This document shows positions 35,973 through 46,923 of a stretch of 64,000 nucleotides of DNA, in pieces. Positions within the stretch are counted from its first letter, which is position 1. Every line of letters starts with the position of its first letter. Below the pieces are notes generated by a model, which worked only from the letters and a program-made list of their open reading frames with translations, searched no databases and was not told where the DNA came from. Source of the DNA: an uncultured SAR86 cluster bacterium. GTDB lineage: Bacteria; Pseudomonadota; Gammaproteobacteria; Magnimaribacterales; D2472. A program made the translations under genes and the position numbers. Location of the stretch: contig CACCOR010000004.1 in the NCBI GenBank assembly GCA_902547695.1, positions 21,381 through 85,380 on the forward strand, given 5' to 3'.

Positions 35973-36714
35973 CAAAAACAAAAAGACACATTTTGGCTAT
36001 CAGGAAGTTAACGAAGCCGACAAGAGTAAGTACGTTGGAGAAGTTTTTACCTCAGTAGCAAAAAACTACGACATTATGAATGATGCAATGTCTTTTGGCA
36101 TGCATAGACTATGGAAGAAAATCTTAGTTGAGCTAGCTGCTGTTGGTGAAAAAGATGTCATTTTAGATATAGCAAGTGGGACAGGAGATATTGCTAAGTT
36201 AATATCAAAAGAATATCCAAATACAAAAATTTTTATGAGTGACATAAATTATGAAATGCTTGATGAGGGAAGAAACAGAGCAATTGATGAAAGCTTCAAC
36301 TCAAATTGTTCTTTTTGTCAGCTGAGTGGTGAAAGCTTGCCCTTCAAAGATTCTTCATTTGATCTAATAACGGTTGGTTTTGGTCTAAGAAACTTCACAG
36401 ATAAACAAAAAGGTCTTTCTGAAATGAAGAGATGTTTGTCAAAAAATGCGAGGCTTCTAGTTTTAGAATTCTCAAAGCCAATTAATCCAATGTTTTCAAG
36501 GTTATATGACTGGTATTCTTTTAACATACTTCCTAAGCTTGGATCCATTCTTGCAAATGATTCTGAAAGCTATAAATACCTTGCTGAATCTATAAGAATG
36601 CATCCAGATCAGGAATCTCTTAAAAAGATGATCTTACAAAGCGGTTTTAAGGAATGTAGATTCTTTAATATTTTAAATGGAGTTGTGGCTATACATATTG
36701 CTTACAATGATTGA
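35965..36714 (+). CDS. ubiE: Demethylmenaquinone/ubiquinone C-methyltransferase
   Basis: It has 'THFGYQEV' and the SAM motifs 'LDIASGTGD' and 'RLLVLEFS'. Confidence 0.95.
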   Translation: MGNKNKKTHFGYQEVNEADKSKYVGEVFTSVAKNYDIMNDAMSFGMHRLWKKILVELAAVGEKDVILDIASGTGDIAKLISKEYPNTKIFMSDINYEMLDEGRNRAIDESFNSNCSFCQLSGESLPFKDSSFDLITVGFGLRNFTDKQKGLSEMKRCLSKNARLLVLEFSKPINPMFSRLYDWYSFNILPKLGSILANDSESYKYLAESIRMHPDQESLKKMILQSGFKECRFFNILNGVVAIHIAYND

Positions 36715-37204
36715 TATAAATAAATTATTTATTAGACTTCTAGAAGATCTTGAGGAGTCATCTCCTAATCTTAGAAAATCTCTTAAAGAAATTTCGCCAC
36801 TAGAATTTTGTATAAACATAAAAGGGCACAAAAATATCTACATTAAAATTGATGATAAAGATTCTGAAATATCTTTTGGAAAAAATAATTCTCAATTTGA
36901 AATTAGAGGATCTTTAATTGAATTATTAAATTCACTAGTTTCTAAGAAATTAAATAAAAACCTAATTTTTGGAAACTCCGAACTAGCTATTGTTTTTGTA
37001 AATATTATTCTTAAATCAAATATTGATGTTATTTATTTAATTGATAAATACTTTGGAAACACGTCAGCTGTTTTTGCATACTCTGTTTTGAAACTTTTTA
37101 AGTCCTCTGATAATGACTCAGATATTGAATATGAAAATATTCGCAAGCGACTAAGAGAAATTTCTATTAAACTTGATAGGTTAGAAGCCATTAAAGGTAT
37201 ATGA
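36707..37204 (+). CDS. ubiJ: Ubiquinone biosynthesis accessory factor UbiJ-like (SCP2 domain)
   Basis: It occupies the canonical slot between ubiE and ubiB. 'IFGNSELAIVF' resembles the SCP2 'GD.ELA' segment. The ATG overlaps the ubiE stop (ATGATTGA). Confidence 0.6.
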   Translation: MIDINKLFIRLLEDLEESSPNLRKSLKEISPLEFCINIKGHKNIYIKIDDKDSEISFGKNNSQFEIRGSLIELLNSLVSKKLNKNLIFGNSELAIVFVNIILKSNIDVIYLIDKYFGNTSAVFAYSVLKLFKSSDNDSDIEYENIRKRLREISIKLDRLEAIKGI

Positions 37205-38682
37205 ATTTTATTATCGTAATATATGAGTTATTTAGAATGTTATTTTTTGGTATTCAAAAAGGAATATTCTATAAACCTAATGGAGTAAAACTAGCTAGCT
37301 ACTTAGAATCATTGGGACCAATATTTACAAAATTTGGTCAACTTTTATCTACAAGAACAGATATTCTTGATGCTGAAACTGCAAAAGATTTAGAAAGTCT
37401 TACTGATAGTTGTAAGCCATTTAATGTTGAGACACTTAAGAAAATAGTTGAATCTGAGTTAGGAGATTCAATAGAAAATATTTTTGAATCATTTGATGAA
37501 ATACCCTTAGCAGCAGCATCTCTAGCGCAAGTTCACTCAGCAACACTAAGTAATGGTGATCATGTTGTAGTAAAAGTCCTTAGGCCAAACATACATAAGA
37601 AAGTAAAAAGAAATCTAAGATTACTTAAATCGGCAGCAAAAATATTTTCTTATATTTACAGTGAAAGTTATAGATTAAAGCCAAATGAGGTCGTGCGAGA
37701 TTATGAATCTACAATATTAAAAGAGTTGGATTTAAAACTTGAAGCCTCCAATACAAATTTAACTAGAAAAAATTTTTTAAACTCAAATGAATTATACATA
37801 CCGGAAGTTTATTGGGACCTTACAACTTCAAACGTTATGGTCTTAGAAAAAATTGATGGCATCCCATGCACAGACATAGAACAAATTGAAAAATATGGAA
37901 TAAATAAAAAAATTCTTGCCGAAAATGGAGTCATGATATTTCTTAATCAAGTTTTTAGAGATAACTTTTTTCATGCCGATATGCATCCAGGCAATATATT
38001 TGTTTCAAAAAATAATGTTGAAAATCCTGGATATATTGCAGTTGATTGTGCGATAACTGGATCATTGTCGAATGAGGAGCGATATATATTGGCTAGAATG
38101 CTGCAATCTGTTCTTAAACAAAACTATAAAGCTCTTGCTAATTTATTTGTTAGCTCTGGTTGGGTTAAGGCGGATACAAATAATATTGAACTTGAAAATA
38201 CTCTAAGGGCATGTTGTGAACCCATATTTGAGAAGCCTTTGTCAGAGATAGAGTTTGGTAAGTTACTTCTATATCTTTTCCAAAGCACTAGACAATATGG
38301 TTTATCTCTTCAAACCTCCTTAGTTTTGCTTCAAAAAACATTAATTCATATCGAAGGCATGGGAAGACAAATATATCCAGAACTTGATTTCTGGGGTATT
38401 GCGGAACCTTACTTAGATAATTGGTTAAATGAGCAATTTAGTCCATTAAAGTTGAAAGATTACATTATTGAAAATAAAGAAGATATTTTGCTTAAAGCAT
38501 CAGAGATTCCAGCTATAATTTTTGAAACGCTCGATGAAATAAGAAGTTTTTCTAATAATAAAAATGCAGATGCTTTAAAAGCAAATGAATTAGAAATTCA
38601 ATTATCAAAACAAAAAAACATTAATATGGTATTCGGTATTGGTATAATTGTAATTTTAACTATCATGTTGATAGTTAATTAG
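37201..38682 (+). CDS. ubiB: Ubiquinone biosynthesis regulatory kinase-like protein UbiB
   Basis: The ABC1 motifs are 'AAASLAQVH', 'VVKVLRP' and '[11 protein letters not shown]'. It has a C-terminal TM segment. Confidence 0.9.
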   Translation: MNFIIVIYELFRMLFFGIQKGIFYKPNGVKLASYLESLGPIFTKFGQLLSTRTDILDAETAKDLESLTDSCKPFNVETLKKIVESELGDSIENIFESFDEIPLAAASLAQVHSATLSNGDHVVVKVLRPNIHKKVKRNLRLLKSAAKIFSYIYSESYRLKPNEVVRDYESTILKELDLKLEASNTNLTRKNFLNSNELYIPEVYWDLTTSNVMVLEKIDGIPCTDIEQIEKYGINKKILAENGVMIFLNQVFRDNFFHADMHPGNIFVSKNNVENPGYIAVDCAITGSLSNEERYILARMLQSVLKQNYKALANLFVSSGWVKADTNNIELENTLRACCEPIFEKPLSEIEFGKLLLYLFQSTRQYGLSLQTSLVLLQKTLIHIEGMGRQIYPELDFWGIAEPYLDNWLNEQFSPLKLKDYIIENKEDILLKASEIPAIIFETLDEIRSFSNNKNADALKANELEIQLSKQKNINMVFGIGIIVILTIMLIVN

Positions 38683-38690
38683 GAGTATTT

Positions 38691-38858
38691 ATGGGTTTTG
38701 GCGGAATAAGTATATGGCAGTTATTAATTATTTTAGTTGTTGTGCTTCTTATATTTGGTAGTGGAAAACTTAAATCACTTGGTTCAGATTTAGGCTCCAG
38801 CATAAAAGGTTTTAAGAAAGCAGTTAAAGACGAAGACTCCAAAGAAAAAGAAGACTAA
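38691..38858 (+). CDS. tatA: Sec-independent translocase subunit TatA (55 aa, absent from the ORF track)
   Basis: My translation is [45 protein letters not shown]..., preceded by AGGAG. Confidence 0.9.
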   Translation: MGFGGISIWQLLIILVVVLLIFGSGKLKSLGSDLGSSIKGFKKAVKDEDSKEKED

Positions 38859-38860
38859 AA

Positions 38861-39106
38861 TTGTTTCAAATTGGCTTTCTAGAAATTCTAATTATTCTAA
38901 TATTAGGTTTAATAATTATTGGCCCTAATAGGCTTCCAGTTGTGGTTAAAGCCACATTAAAATTCTTTAAAAAAATTGAAAATAAATTTAATCTTTTTAA
39001 AAAAGACATTGAGGCAGACATTGGTGTAGATGAACTTAAGAAAGATGTTTTTAACGAGTTAAAAATGGAAGAGTTTGAAAAAAACAAAGAGCCTGATAAT
39101 GACTAA
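38861..39106 (+). CDS. tatB: Sec-independent translocase subunit TatB (short form)
   Basis: It has the TatA/B-type N-terminus 'MFQIGFLEILIILILGLIIIGPNRLP', opens with TTG, and lies between tatA and tatC. Confidence 0.8.
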   Translation: MFQIGFLEILIILILGLIIIGPNRLPVVVKATLKFFKKIENKFNLFKKDIEADIGVDELKKDVFNELKMEEFEKNKEPDND

Positions 39107-39800
39107 GGATTCGATTTCAAATCATCTCCTTGAATTGAGATCAAGATTATTAAAAGTAATTGTTCTTTTTGTTGCCCTTTCAATATTAGGAATTCCATTT
39201 GCCGCTGATATTTATTCCTTTATTGCAGCTCCTCTATTAGCTTCATTGCCTGAGAGTAGCTCAATGATAGCTACAGAGGTTGCATCACCATTTATGGCGC
39301 CAATTAAACTAGTTTTTTATATAGCTTTATTATTTTCTATGCCTTGGCTTTTTTTTCAAATATGGATGTTTATTGCGCCAGGATTATATGAAAGCGAAAG
39401 GAGATTTACTGCTCCTTTGATGATCTCAACAATCCTTTTATTTTTTAGCGGAGTAAGCTTTGCATTTTTTGTAGTATGTCCAATTATATTCAAGTTTTTT
39501 GTTGGAATGGCTCCAGACTCAATTCAAGTCATGACAGATATAAATCAGTATCTTAGTTTTATATTTAAACTTGTTTTTGCATTTGGCATTGCATTTGAGA
39601 TACCCATTGCAACAGTTCTCTTAATTAATAACGAAATTGTTACCAAGGCATCATTAATTGCGGCAAGACCATATTTAATAATACTATTTCTTGTCGTAGG
39701 CATGTTACTTACTCCACCTGATATTTTTTCACAATTGTTTTTAGCAATTCCTATGTGGATTTTATTTGAAGTTGGAATATTATTTTCTAGAAATAAATAA
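39099..39800 (+). CDS. tatC: Sec-independent translocase subunit TatC
   Basis: It has 'HLLELRSRLL' and six TM segments, with 'MLLTPPDIFSQ'. The ATG at 39099 overlaps the tatB stop. An alternative TTG lies at 39075. Confidence 0.9.
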   Translation: MTKDSISNHLLELRSRLLKVIVLFVALSILGIPFAADIYSFIAAPLLASLPESSSMIATEVASPFMAPIKLVFYIALLFSMPWLFFQIWMFIAPGLYESERRFTAPLMISTILLFFSGVSFAFFVVCPIIFKFFVGMAPDSIQVMTDINQYLSFIFKLVFAFGIAFEIPIATVLLINNEIVTKASLIAARPYLIILFLVVGMLLTPPDIFSQLFLAIPMWILFEVGILFSRNK

Positions 39801-40391
39801 TTACTTATTTAAATTTATAAGCGTTCTGTAGAAAAACCATGGGAGTAATAACCAAGGCATTTGAGACTGCAACATTATTGTTCTTTCATTAAATTCAAAA
39901 AGAGTTGGATTAATGTATGGACCAAGCGGTGATAGGGGAGCCCAAGATAAAGCCTTTCCTTCTGCCAGTTGATCATGATATAGAAACATTTCTACTAAAA
40001 TATTTTGACCGATACACCATAATAATAAGACGGCAAAAGCACTCCATTTCCATTTCATAAATATGCTTTTATCTTTTCCATGAGAAATCCACATTAACCA
40101 TACGCCACCCAAAAGCACTGCTCCAGCATCGCCCATTGAATTCATTAACCAATTAATATTCTTTGGTAACCACGTATTAAGATTTTCAGATCTTCTTATA
40201 TCAACAGGATCCCCATCTAGCCATCCAAAGGTAAACCAAAGCTCCCATCCTAACGAGCAAATCACAATGGCAATTAAATAAAATGTTGGAATCCACTTAG
40301 GTAAATTTGATTTGTTTTTGAAATAAATTAAAAAAGGTAAGAATACTGCCAAATAAACTATTGTTATTACTCTTGCCTCCTCAAAAGACAT
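39801..40391 (-). CDS. Hypothetical Trp-rich integral membrane protein
   Basis: 196 aa with about 5 hydrophobic segments and many Trp residues. I recognise no motif. Confidence 0.45.
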   Translation of the reverse strand: MSFEEARVITIVYLAVFLPFLIYFKNKSNLPKWIPTFYLIAIVICSLGWELWFTFGWLDGDPVDIRRSENLNTWLPKNINWLMNSMGDAGAVLLGGVWLMWISHGKDKSIFMKWKWSAFAVLLLWCIGQNILVEMFLYHDQLAEGKALSWAPLSPLGPYINPTLFEFNERTIMLQSQMPWLLLPWFFYRTLINLNK

Positions 40392-40394
40392 TTA

Positions 40395-40976
40395 TTAGAG
40401 TCCTAGTCTTTTAGTCCAATTATCGTCAGATGGTCTCTCGTGATTTACAACCAAATCCACTAATTCCTCAGGATTATCAGAAACTAGTAATTCTTTAAGG
40501 TTTGCTGAAGAAATAAATCCTTCTTCAACAGCCTTATCAAACCATTTTAGTAAATGATCGTAGTAACCTTCAGTATTTAAAATGCCCACGGGTTTATTGA
40601 TTATTCCTAATTGATTGCTTGCCATAATTTCGGCTAACTCATCAAGCGATCCTACTCCACCAGGAAGTACTATAAACGCATCTGATCTAGACATAAATTC
40701 ATCTTTACGATCAAGAAGTGTATCTGTAACTACAATTTCATTAAGTCTTGGATTTGCTAACTCTAATGCATGAAGAGATTTTAAAGATATACCAAGAACC
40801 TCAACACCATTATCAAGAGCAGTATCTGAAATTATCTTCATCAAACCAACATTTCCTCCTCCAAAAACAACATTGATACCTTTCTTTGCTATTGCTTCTG
40901 AAATAATCTTTGCTGATTGAGCATATTTAGGATTTTTGCCTTCATGAGCACCGCAGAAAATTGAAATATTCTTCAT
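40395..40976 (-). CDS. LOG-family nucleotide 5'-monophosphate nucleosidase
   Basis: It has 'VFGGGNVGLMK' and 'PGGVGSLDE' (PGGxGTxxE motif). Confidence 0.85.
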   Translation of the reverse strand: MKNISIFCGAHEGKNPKYAQSAKIISEAIAKKGINVVFGGGNVGLMKIISDTALDNGVEVLGISLKSLHALELANPRLNEIVVTDTLLDRKDEFMSRSDAFIVLPGGVGSLDELAEIMASNQLGIINKPVGILNTEGYYDHLLKWFDKAVEEGFISSANLKELLVSDNPEELVDLVVNHERPSDDNWTKRLGL

Positions 40977-40981
40977 ATTAT

Positions 40982-41419
40982 TTAAGTTTTAAAATTAAAA
41001 GTTACTGGTCCTATGTTTGTCAAAGATATTTCCATAAAAGCTCCAAATTTACCTTCTTTAACATTAGGAAATGATTTTTTAAATTCACGTACAAATTCAT
41101 CATACATTAATTTAGCATTATCTGGTTCAGCTGCCTTATGAAAGCTTGGCTTATTGCCTTTATTTGTAATTGCAGCCAAGGTAAATTGACTCACTATTAA
41201 GACTTCTTTTCCTGAATCATTTAAGGGTGATGAGGTTATTCCTTTTGGGCCATCTAACATCCTAAAATTTAAAAGCTTGTTCACCATATTATTTATGTTT
41301 TGAGACACATCATCTTTCTCAACGCACACAAACATTAAGCATCCATCACCAATAGAAGTAAAAATTTCGCCGTCAATAACTATTTCTGCGCTAGAGACTC
41401 TTTGAACAGTTGCTAACAA
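40982..41419 (-). CDS. dtd: D-aminoacyl-tRNA deacylase
   Basis: It has 'VQRV', 'VSQFTLAA' and 'NIGPVTF', and opens with TTG. Confidence 0.9.
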   Translation of the reverse strand: MLATVQRVSSAEIVIDGEIFTSIGDGCLMFVCVEKDDVSQNINNMVNKLLNFRMLDGPKGITSSPLNDSGKEVLIVSQFTLAAITNKGNKPSFHKAAEPDNAKLMYDEFVREFKKSFPNVKEGKFGAFMEISLTNIGPVTFNFKT

Positions 41420-41422
41420 GTC

Positions 41423-42439
41423 TTATCTGTCTTCGAGTTCTTCTTCCCATTTGCCAAGGGAAGCGAGTTTATTCATTTCTGCCCTGTGAGATAATTCATC
41501 TTGAGAAATGAAAACATTTTCTGGCTTTCCACCCCATGCTTGCAATGCTGCAGCTTGAAGAGCCCGTCCATAAGAGAAACTTAATTTCCAAGAAAAGCCA
41601 CCAATCTTGTTCATCGCATCTAAATGAGCAGTAGCCAAGATATCTGACTGGCCTCCAGATAAAAACGCTATGCCAGGAAGATCAGACGGAACATTCTCAG
41701 TTAAACATCCTAAAGTTCTCTTAGCGACCTCGCCAATGCTAGCTTGAATTTCTGAGTCTTTTCCAGAAGTAACCATATTAGGTTTTAGTATAGTGCCCTT
41801 TATATTTACCCCCTTTTTATCAAGATGATCAAACAGCGATTTTAAAGAACGAGCAGATGCGTCATAGCAATCATCAATAGAGTGAACTCCATCCATTAAT
41901 ACTTCTGGCTCAACTATAGGAACCATTCCATTATCTTGAGCACATTTTGCATAATCCGCTAATGCCTGCATATTCGCGTCAATACATTTATCAGTTGGAA
42001 TTCCTTCACCTATATTTATAACAGCCCTCCATTTAGTGAATTTAGCTCCCATAGATGAATATTCTTTTAATCTCTCATCTAATCCATCCAATCCAACTGT
42101 CACGGTTTCTCCAGGACAATCATCAATAGGTTGAAGACCCTTATCAACTTTTATTCCAGGAAGGGCATCTTGACTAGTTATTAAATCTCTAAGTAATGTT
42201 CCGTCAGCAGCTGATTGTCTTATAGTCTCATCAAATAATATTACTCCACCAATATTGCCTTTCATTCCTTTAGATCTAAAAAGCATTTCTCTGTAATCTC
42301 TTCTATTCTCTTCGGTGGACTCAACACCAATAGAATCAAATCTTTTTCCACAAGTTGGATTGCTTTCATCAGCAGCTAAGATACCTTTGCCATCTGCGAC
42401 AATATAGGCTGCTATATCTTCAATATTATTTAGTGACAT
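41423..42439 (-). CDS. fba: Fructose-bisphosphate aldolase, class I (eukaryote-type fold)
   Basis: 338 aa with 'GKGILAADES', 'LKPNMVTSG' (Schiff-base Lys region) and 'IAFLSGGQS'. Confidence 0.9.
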   Translation of the reverse strand: MSLNNIEDIAAYIVADGKGILAADESNPTCGKRFDSIGVESTEENRRDYREMLFRSKGMKGNIGGVILFDETIRQSAADGTLLRDLITSQDALPGIKVDKGLQPIDDCPGETVTVGLDGLDERLKEYSSMGAKFTKWRAVINIGEGIPTDKCIDANMQALADYAKCAQDNGMVPIVEPEVLMDGVHSIDDCYDASARSLKSLFDHLDKKGVNIKGTILKPNMVTSGKDSEIQASIGEVAKRTLGCLTENVPSDLPGIAFLSGGQSDILATAHLDAMNKIGGFSWKLSFSYGRALQAAALQAWGGKPENVFISQDELSHRAEMNKLASLGKWEEELEDR

Positions 42440-42450
42440 AAATTAACTCC

Positions 42451-43596
42451 CTATTTTTTTGAATTTAGAGCTTTAATAGAAGGTAAAACTTTACCCTCCA
42501 TAAATTCTAAAAAGGCGCCCCCGCCTGTTGAACAATATGATACATCATCTGATTTAATATATTTATTTATTGCCGACAATGTTTCGCCTCCTCCAGCAAG
42601 AGAAAAAGCGTTAGACTTAGCAATTTCTTTAGAAAGTTCCTTTGTGCCATTTTCAAATAAAGAATTTTCAAATACTCCCATGGGTCCATTCCAAAGAATA
42701 GTCTTAGCATTATTAATTAAAGTCTTTGTCTCCTGCTCTAGGTATAAATCTAAAATCATTTCATCATTACCAATATTGCTTATTGAGGTTTCTTTTATAT
42801 CCTCTCCTTCAAATGTTTTAGATGTTAATACTCTATTAGGTAGTATGATTTTACCTTTATCCAAGATGCTCTTTGCAATTTCTAGCATTGATTGTTCAGT
42901 CAGTGAGTTTCCTACATTAAGGCCTGAAGACTTTATAAAAGTATTTGCAATACCTCCACCTACGATAATATGGTCTGCGACTTCATTAATATGCTTTATA
43001 AGCTCAAGTTTTGTAGAAACTTTTGCGCCACCGATAATAGCAACATAAGGTCTTTCATATTTTTTAAGCGCCTGCGATAAAAAATTTTCTTCTTTCTCTA
43101 GCAATAGTCCAGAGCATGCTATTGGAGCATTCATTATTGCAGCATGGGTTGATGCCTGTTCTCTGTGTGCAGTCCCAAAAGCATCAAAAACATATATATC
43201 TCCAAGAGATCCTAATTTATTACCTAACTCTTGAGAGTTCTCTTTTTCTCCTTCAAAAAATCTTATATTTTCTAAAACTTGAATATTTGATGATGAATTA
43301 AAAATTTTATTAGATTCTAATGTATCAATAAGTTCAACATCCATGTTTATGATTTTACTTAGTTCATTTGCAACAGGTTTTAGTGAAAACTCTTCCTCAA
43401 AGTTTCCTTCAATAGGCCTACCCAAGTGACTTATCAAAAGAAGTTTTGCATTATTTTTAAGTGCATATTCAATAGTTGACAGGCATGCCTTAATTCTTGT
43501 TGAATCGAGAACATCACCATCTTTAATTGGTACATTCATATCAACTCTTATGACTAAGTTTTTATTATTAAGATCTAATGATGATAGGTTAATCAT
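42451..43596 (-). CDS. pgk: Phosphoglycerate kinase
   Basis: It has 'RVDMNVP', 'LISHLGRP', 'GGAKVSTK' and 'STGGGAFLE'. Confidence 0.95.
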   Translation of the reverse strand: MINLSSLDLNNKNLVIRVDMNVPIKDGDVLDSTRIKACLSTIEYALKNNAKLLLISHLGRPIEGNFEEEFSLKPVANELSKIINMDVELIDTLESNKIFNSSSNIQVLENIRFFEGEKENSQELGNKLGSLGDIYVFDAFGTAHREQASTHAAIMNAPIACSGLLLEKEENFLSQALKKYERPYVAIIGGAKVSTKLELIKHINEVADHIIVGGGIANTFIKSSGLNVGNSLTEQSMLEIAKSILDKGKIILPNRVLTSKTFEGEDIKETSISNIGNDEMILDLYLEQETKTLINNAKTILWNGPMGVFENSLFENGTKELSKEIAKSNAFSLAGGGETLSAINKYIKSDDVSYCSTGGGAFLEFMEGKVLPSIKALNSKK

Positions 43597-45577
43597 TTAG
43601 TAATGATTTAGCTGAATTAACAACATTTTCAGTATTAAACCCAAAATGCTCAAGTAATTCACTGCCTGGAGCAGATTCTCCAAAACTTTCTATTCCAATT
43701 ACTTTATCTTTTCTATTTAAAATCCTGTACCAAGAATTAGGATGACTACACTCAACAACGAGTATTGGTTTATCAGGATTAATTATTGAACTCTGAAATT
43801 CCTCAGATTGCTGTAAAAATAAATCTAAAGACGGCATTGATACAACATTTGCAGAGATAGAGTGATTTTTTAATTCTTTTGCTGCATCTATGATCAATTG
43901 AACTTCGCTTCCTGATGCAATGAGAGTAATATCAGAGTTGTCACTTTCATCGATAAGGTAACCACCCTTGTTAATTAAAGACAATTGATCTTCGGTCCGA
44001 GATATTGCTGAAGTTCCTTGTCTGCTAAAGATTAAACAAGTTGGTGTTTTTTTTGATTTAACTGCCTCGTTCCAGGCTACCGCAGTTTCTACAAGATCTG
44101 CCGGCCTCCAACTATTTAAATTTGGAGTAGATCTCAGAGTTACCATATGTTCTACAGGCTGATGTGTTGGACCATCTTCACCTAGAGCTACTGAATCATG
44201 TGTATATACGAAAATACTTGGTATCTCCATTAGGGCTGATAATCTTACTGCGTTTCTAGCATAGTCAGTAAATACCAAGAAAGTTGCACCATATGGTTTT
44301 ATGCCACCATGAAGAACCATGCCATTCATAATTGCAGACATTCCAAACTCTCTTACTCCATAGTTAATATGATTACCTGAGGGATTTTCATTTGAGAAAG
44401 TAGAACTTGACGATGAAAAAGTATTATTTGATGGAGTTAAATCAGCAGATCCACCAATTAATTCTGGTAATTCTTTTACAAAAAAATCAAGGCATGCTTT
44501 TGAGCACTTTCTTGTTGCCATTGGCGTATTATTTTTATCACACTCTGACAAGAAAGTTTTAAAACTATACTCAAAATCATCAGGTAAGTCGCCCTTAATT
44601 CTTCTTCTAAGTTCTGCTGATTTATCAGGATATTTTTCGTCGTAGGTTTTAATCAAATTATCCCAATCCAAATTTAATTCAGAGCCTTTTTTGGTTGAAT
44701 CCCAAAAATCATATGCCTCTTGAGGAACTTTAAATGCATCATGATCCCAATTAAGAGCTTCTCGGGTTTTTATTACTTCTTCCTCTCCCAATGCTGCTCC
44801 ATGAACATCAGCAGTTCCTGACTTATTTGGAGATCCAAAACCAATTATTGTCTTGCAAAAAATCATTGTTGGTTTATTTGTCTCATTTTTTGCATCGACT
44901 ATAGCTTTATCGATTTCTTCAATATTATGGCCATCTACACATATAGTTTGCCAACCATAGCTATCAAACCTTTTTATAGAGTCATCTGTAAACCAATTTT
45001 CAATTTCTCCATCAATTGAAATTCCATTTTGGTCGTAAAAACAAATTAGTTTTCCTAGTTTGTGTGTTCCAGCAAATGAACATGCCTCATGCGAGATTCC
45101 TTCCATAAGACAACCATCACCTAAAAAAGCATATGTATAGTGATTAATTGGTTTAATATCATCTTCATTAAATTCGGCTGCCATTATTTTTTCTGATACC
45201 GCCATGCCAATAGCGTTTGCAATACCTTGGCCTAATGGGCCTGTGGTTGTTTCAATTCCAATATCTATATCGTATTCGGGATGTCCAGGAGTTTTTGAAT
45301 GTAACTTCCTAAAGTCTTTAAGATCGTCTATTGATATATCGTATCCGGTTAGATGAAGTAAGCTATACAAAAGCATCGAACCGTGCCCATTAGAAAGAAC
45401 AAATCTATCTCTATCAAACCAATGAGGATTCAGTGGGTTATGATTTAAGTGTTTGCCCCATAAAGAGGTTGCTATTTCTGCCATCCCCATAGGCATGCCA
45501 GGATGACCAGAATTAGCTTTTTGAACAGCATCGATGGATAGAAATCTTAATGCGTTAGTAGGAACTGTATGCTGCAA
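43589..45577 (-). CDS. tkt: Transketolase
   Basis: It has 'SGHPGMPMG', 'GDGCLMEG' and 'THDSVALGEDGPTHQP'. Confidence 0.95.
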   Translation of the reverse strand: MQHTVPTNALRFLSIDAVQKANSGHPGMPMGMAEIATSLWGKHLNHNPLNPHWFDRDRFVLSNGHGSMLLYSLLHLTGYDISIDDLKDFRKLHSKTPGHPEYDIDIGIETTTGPLGQGIANAIGMAVSEKIMAAEFNEDDIKPINHYTYAFLGDGCLMEGISHEACSFAGTHKLGKLICFYDQNGISIDGEIENWFTDDSIKRFDSYGWQTICVDGHNIEEIDKAIVDAKNETNKPTMIFCKTIIGFGSPNKSGTADVHGAALGEEEVIKTREALNWDHDAFKVPQEAYDFWDSTKKGSELNLDWDNLIKTYDEKYPDKSAELRRRIKGDLPDDFEYSFKTFLSECDKNNTPMATRKCSKACLDFFVKELPELIGGSADLTPSNNTFSSSSSTFSNENPSGNHINYGVREFGMSAIMNGMVLHGGIKPYGATFLVFTDYARNAVRLSALMEIPSIFVYTHDSVALGEDGPTHQPVEHMVTLRSTPNLNSWRPADLVETAVAWNEAVKSKKTPTCLIFSRQGTSAISRTEDQLSLINKGGYLIDESDNSDITLIASGSEVQLIIDAAKELKNHSISANVVSMPSLDLFLQQSEEFQSSIINPDKPILVVECSHPNSWYRILNRKDKVIGIESFGESAPGSELLEHFGFNTENVVNSAKSLLND

Positions 45578-45748
45578 ATTTTTTCCCCGTTAGATAAAAA
45601 GATAATAATATTTTTGCAATAAAAAGCAACGACATAATTTAAATATTTCATGTTTTTTGATATAAAATAGCCATATTGTGATCTCAATTCTTTTTTAGTA
45701 AGCACTCTATAAAATAATTCTTCACAGTATAAATTCAGGGAGAGAAAA

Positions 45749-46903
45749 ATGAGTTATATATTTACTTCAGAATCTGTTTCGGCAGGACATCCAGATAAGG
45801 TCTGTGATCAAATTTCAGATGCTGTTTTGGACGCATATTTAGCAGAAGATCCTAATAGTAGAGTTGCATGCGAGACTATGATTAAAAATAATATGGTGTT
45901 TATTGCTGGTGAAATAACTTCAACTGGAAGCCCTGATTTGGAACCTGTAGTTAGACAGACCATTAAGGATATTGGATACGATAATGATGAATATGGCTTT
46001 AATGGCGACACATGTGAATTTACAAACTTAGTTTTTGAACAATCTCCAGACATTTCTCAAGGAGTTACCGAAGGAGAAGGCGAAAATCTAGAACAAGGTG
46101 CTGGAGACCAAGGACTGATGTTTGGTTATGCCTGTACTGAAACTGAAGCACTTATGCCTCTTCCAATTGATCTTTCTCATAGACTAGTACGACAACAATC
46201 AGAAGTTATGAAAAGCAATGGGCTTTCATGGCTAAGACCTGATGCAAAAAGCCAGGTAAGTGCAATTTACTCAGATGACGGAAAGACAATTGAGGGTCTT
46301 TCAGCAATTGTACTTTCAACCCAACACGATGAAGATGTTACACAAGATGAAATTAAAGAAGGAGTAATGGAAAATATCATTAAGCCAATTGTTCCTCAAG
46401 AATGGATACTAGATTCAACAAAGATATATATCAATCCAACAGGTAAATTTGTAATTGGTGGTCCAGTTGGTGATTGCGGTCTTACTGGAAGAAAAATTAT
46501 TGTAGATACCTATGGCGGTATGGCAAGACATGGTGGTGGTGCATTTTCAGGAAAAGATCCATCAAAAGTTGACAGATCAGCAGCCTATGCAGCAAGATAT
46601 GTAGCTAAAAATATTGTTGCAGCCGGGCTTGCAGATTATTGTGAAATTCAAGTTTCATATGCAATTGGAGTAGCTAAGCCTACATCAATCAATGTAAATA
46701 CATTTAATAGCGAAAAAGTGTCAAAAGAGGCTATTGAAAAAATAGTTGAGGAAAAATTTGATCTTAGGCCTAAAAGTCTTATAAATATGCTTGATCTCAA
46801 AAGACCAATCTATCTTCCAACAGCGGCTTATGGTCATTTTGGAAGGACTGATATTGATCTTTCATGGGAAAAGACTGACAAAGCATCAGAAATTTCACAA
46901 TAA
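45749..46903 (+). CDS. metK: S-adenosylmethionine synthase
   Basis: It has '[12 protein letters not shown]' and '[16 protein letters not shown]'. Confidence 0.95.
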   Translation: MSYIFTSESVSAGHPDKVCDQISDAVLDAYLAEDPNSRVACETMIKNNMVFIAGEITSTGSPDLEPVVRQTIKDIGYDNDEYGFNGDTCEFTNLVFEQSPDISQGVTEGEGENLEQGAGDQGLMFGYACTETEALMPLPIDLSHRLVRQQSEVMKSNGLSWLRPDAKSQVSAIYSDDGKTIEGLSAIVLSTQHDEDVTQDEIKEGVMENIIKPIVPQEWILDSTKIYINPTGKFVIGGPVGDCGLTGRKIIVDTYGGMARHGGGAFSGKDPSKVDRSAAYAARYVAKNIVAAGLADYCEIQVSYAIGVAKPTSINVNTFNSEKVSKEAIEKIVEEKFDLRPKSLINMLDLKRPIYLPTAAYGHFGRTDIDLSWEKTDKASEISQ

Positions 46904-46923
46904 ATAAATATAAGGAAATTAAT

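Noticed and set aside
45578-45748. A possible SAM riboswitch or MetJ operator in the 171-nt spacer upstream of metK.
   Set aside because: The spacer is uniformly AT-rich. I could see no G+C-rich paired elements and no AGACGTCT-type met boxes. It looks like an ordinary divergent promoter region with a good SD (AGGGAGAG).
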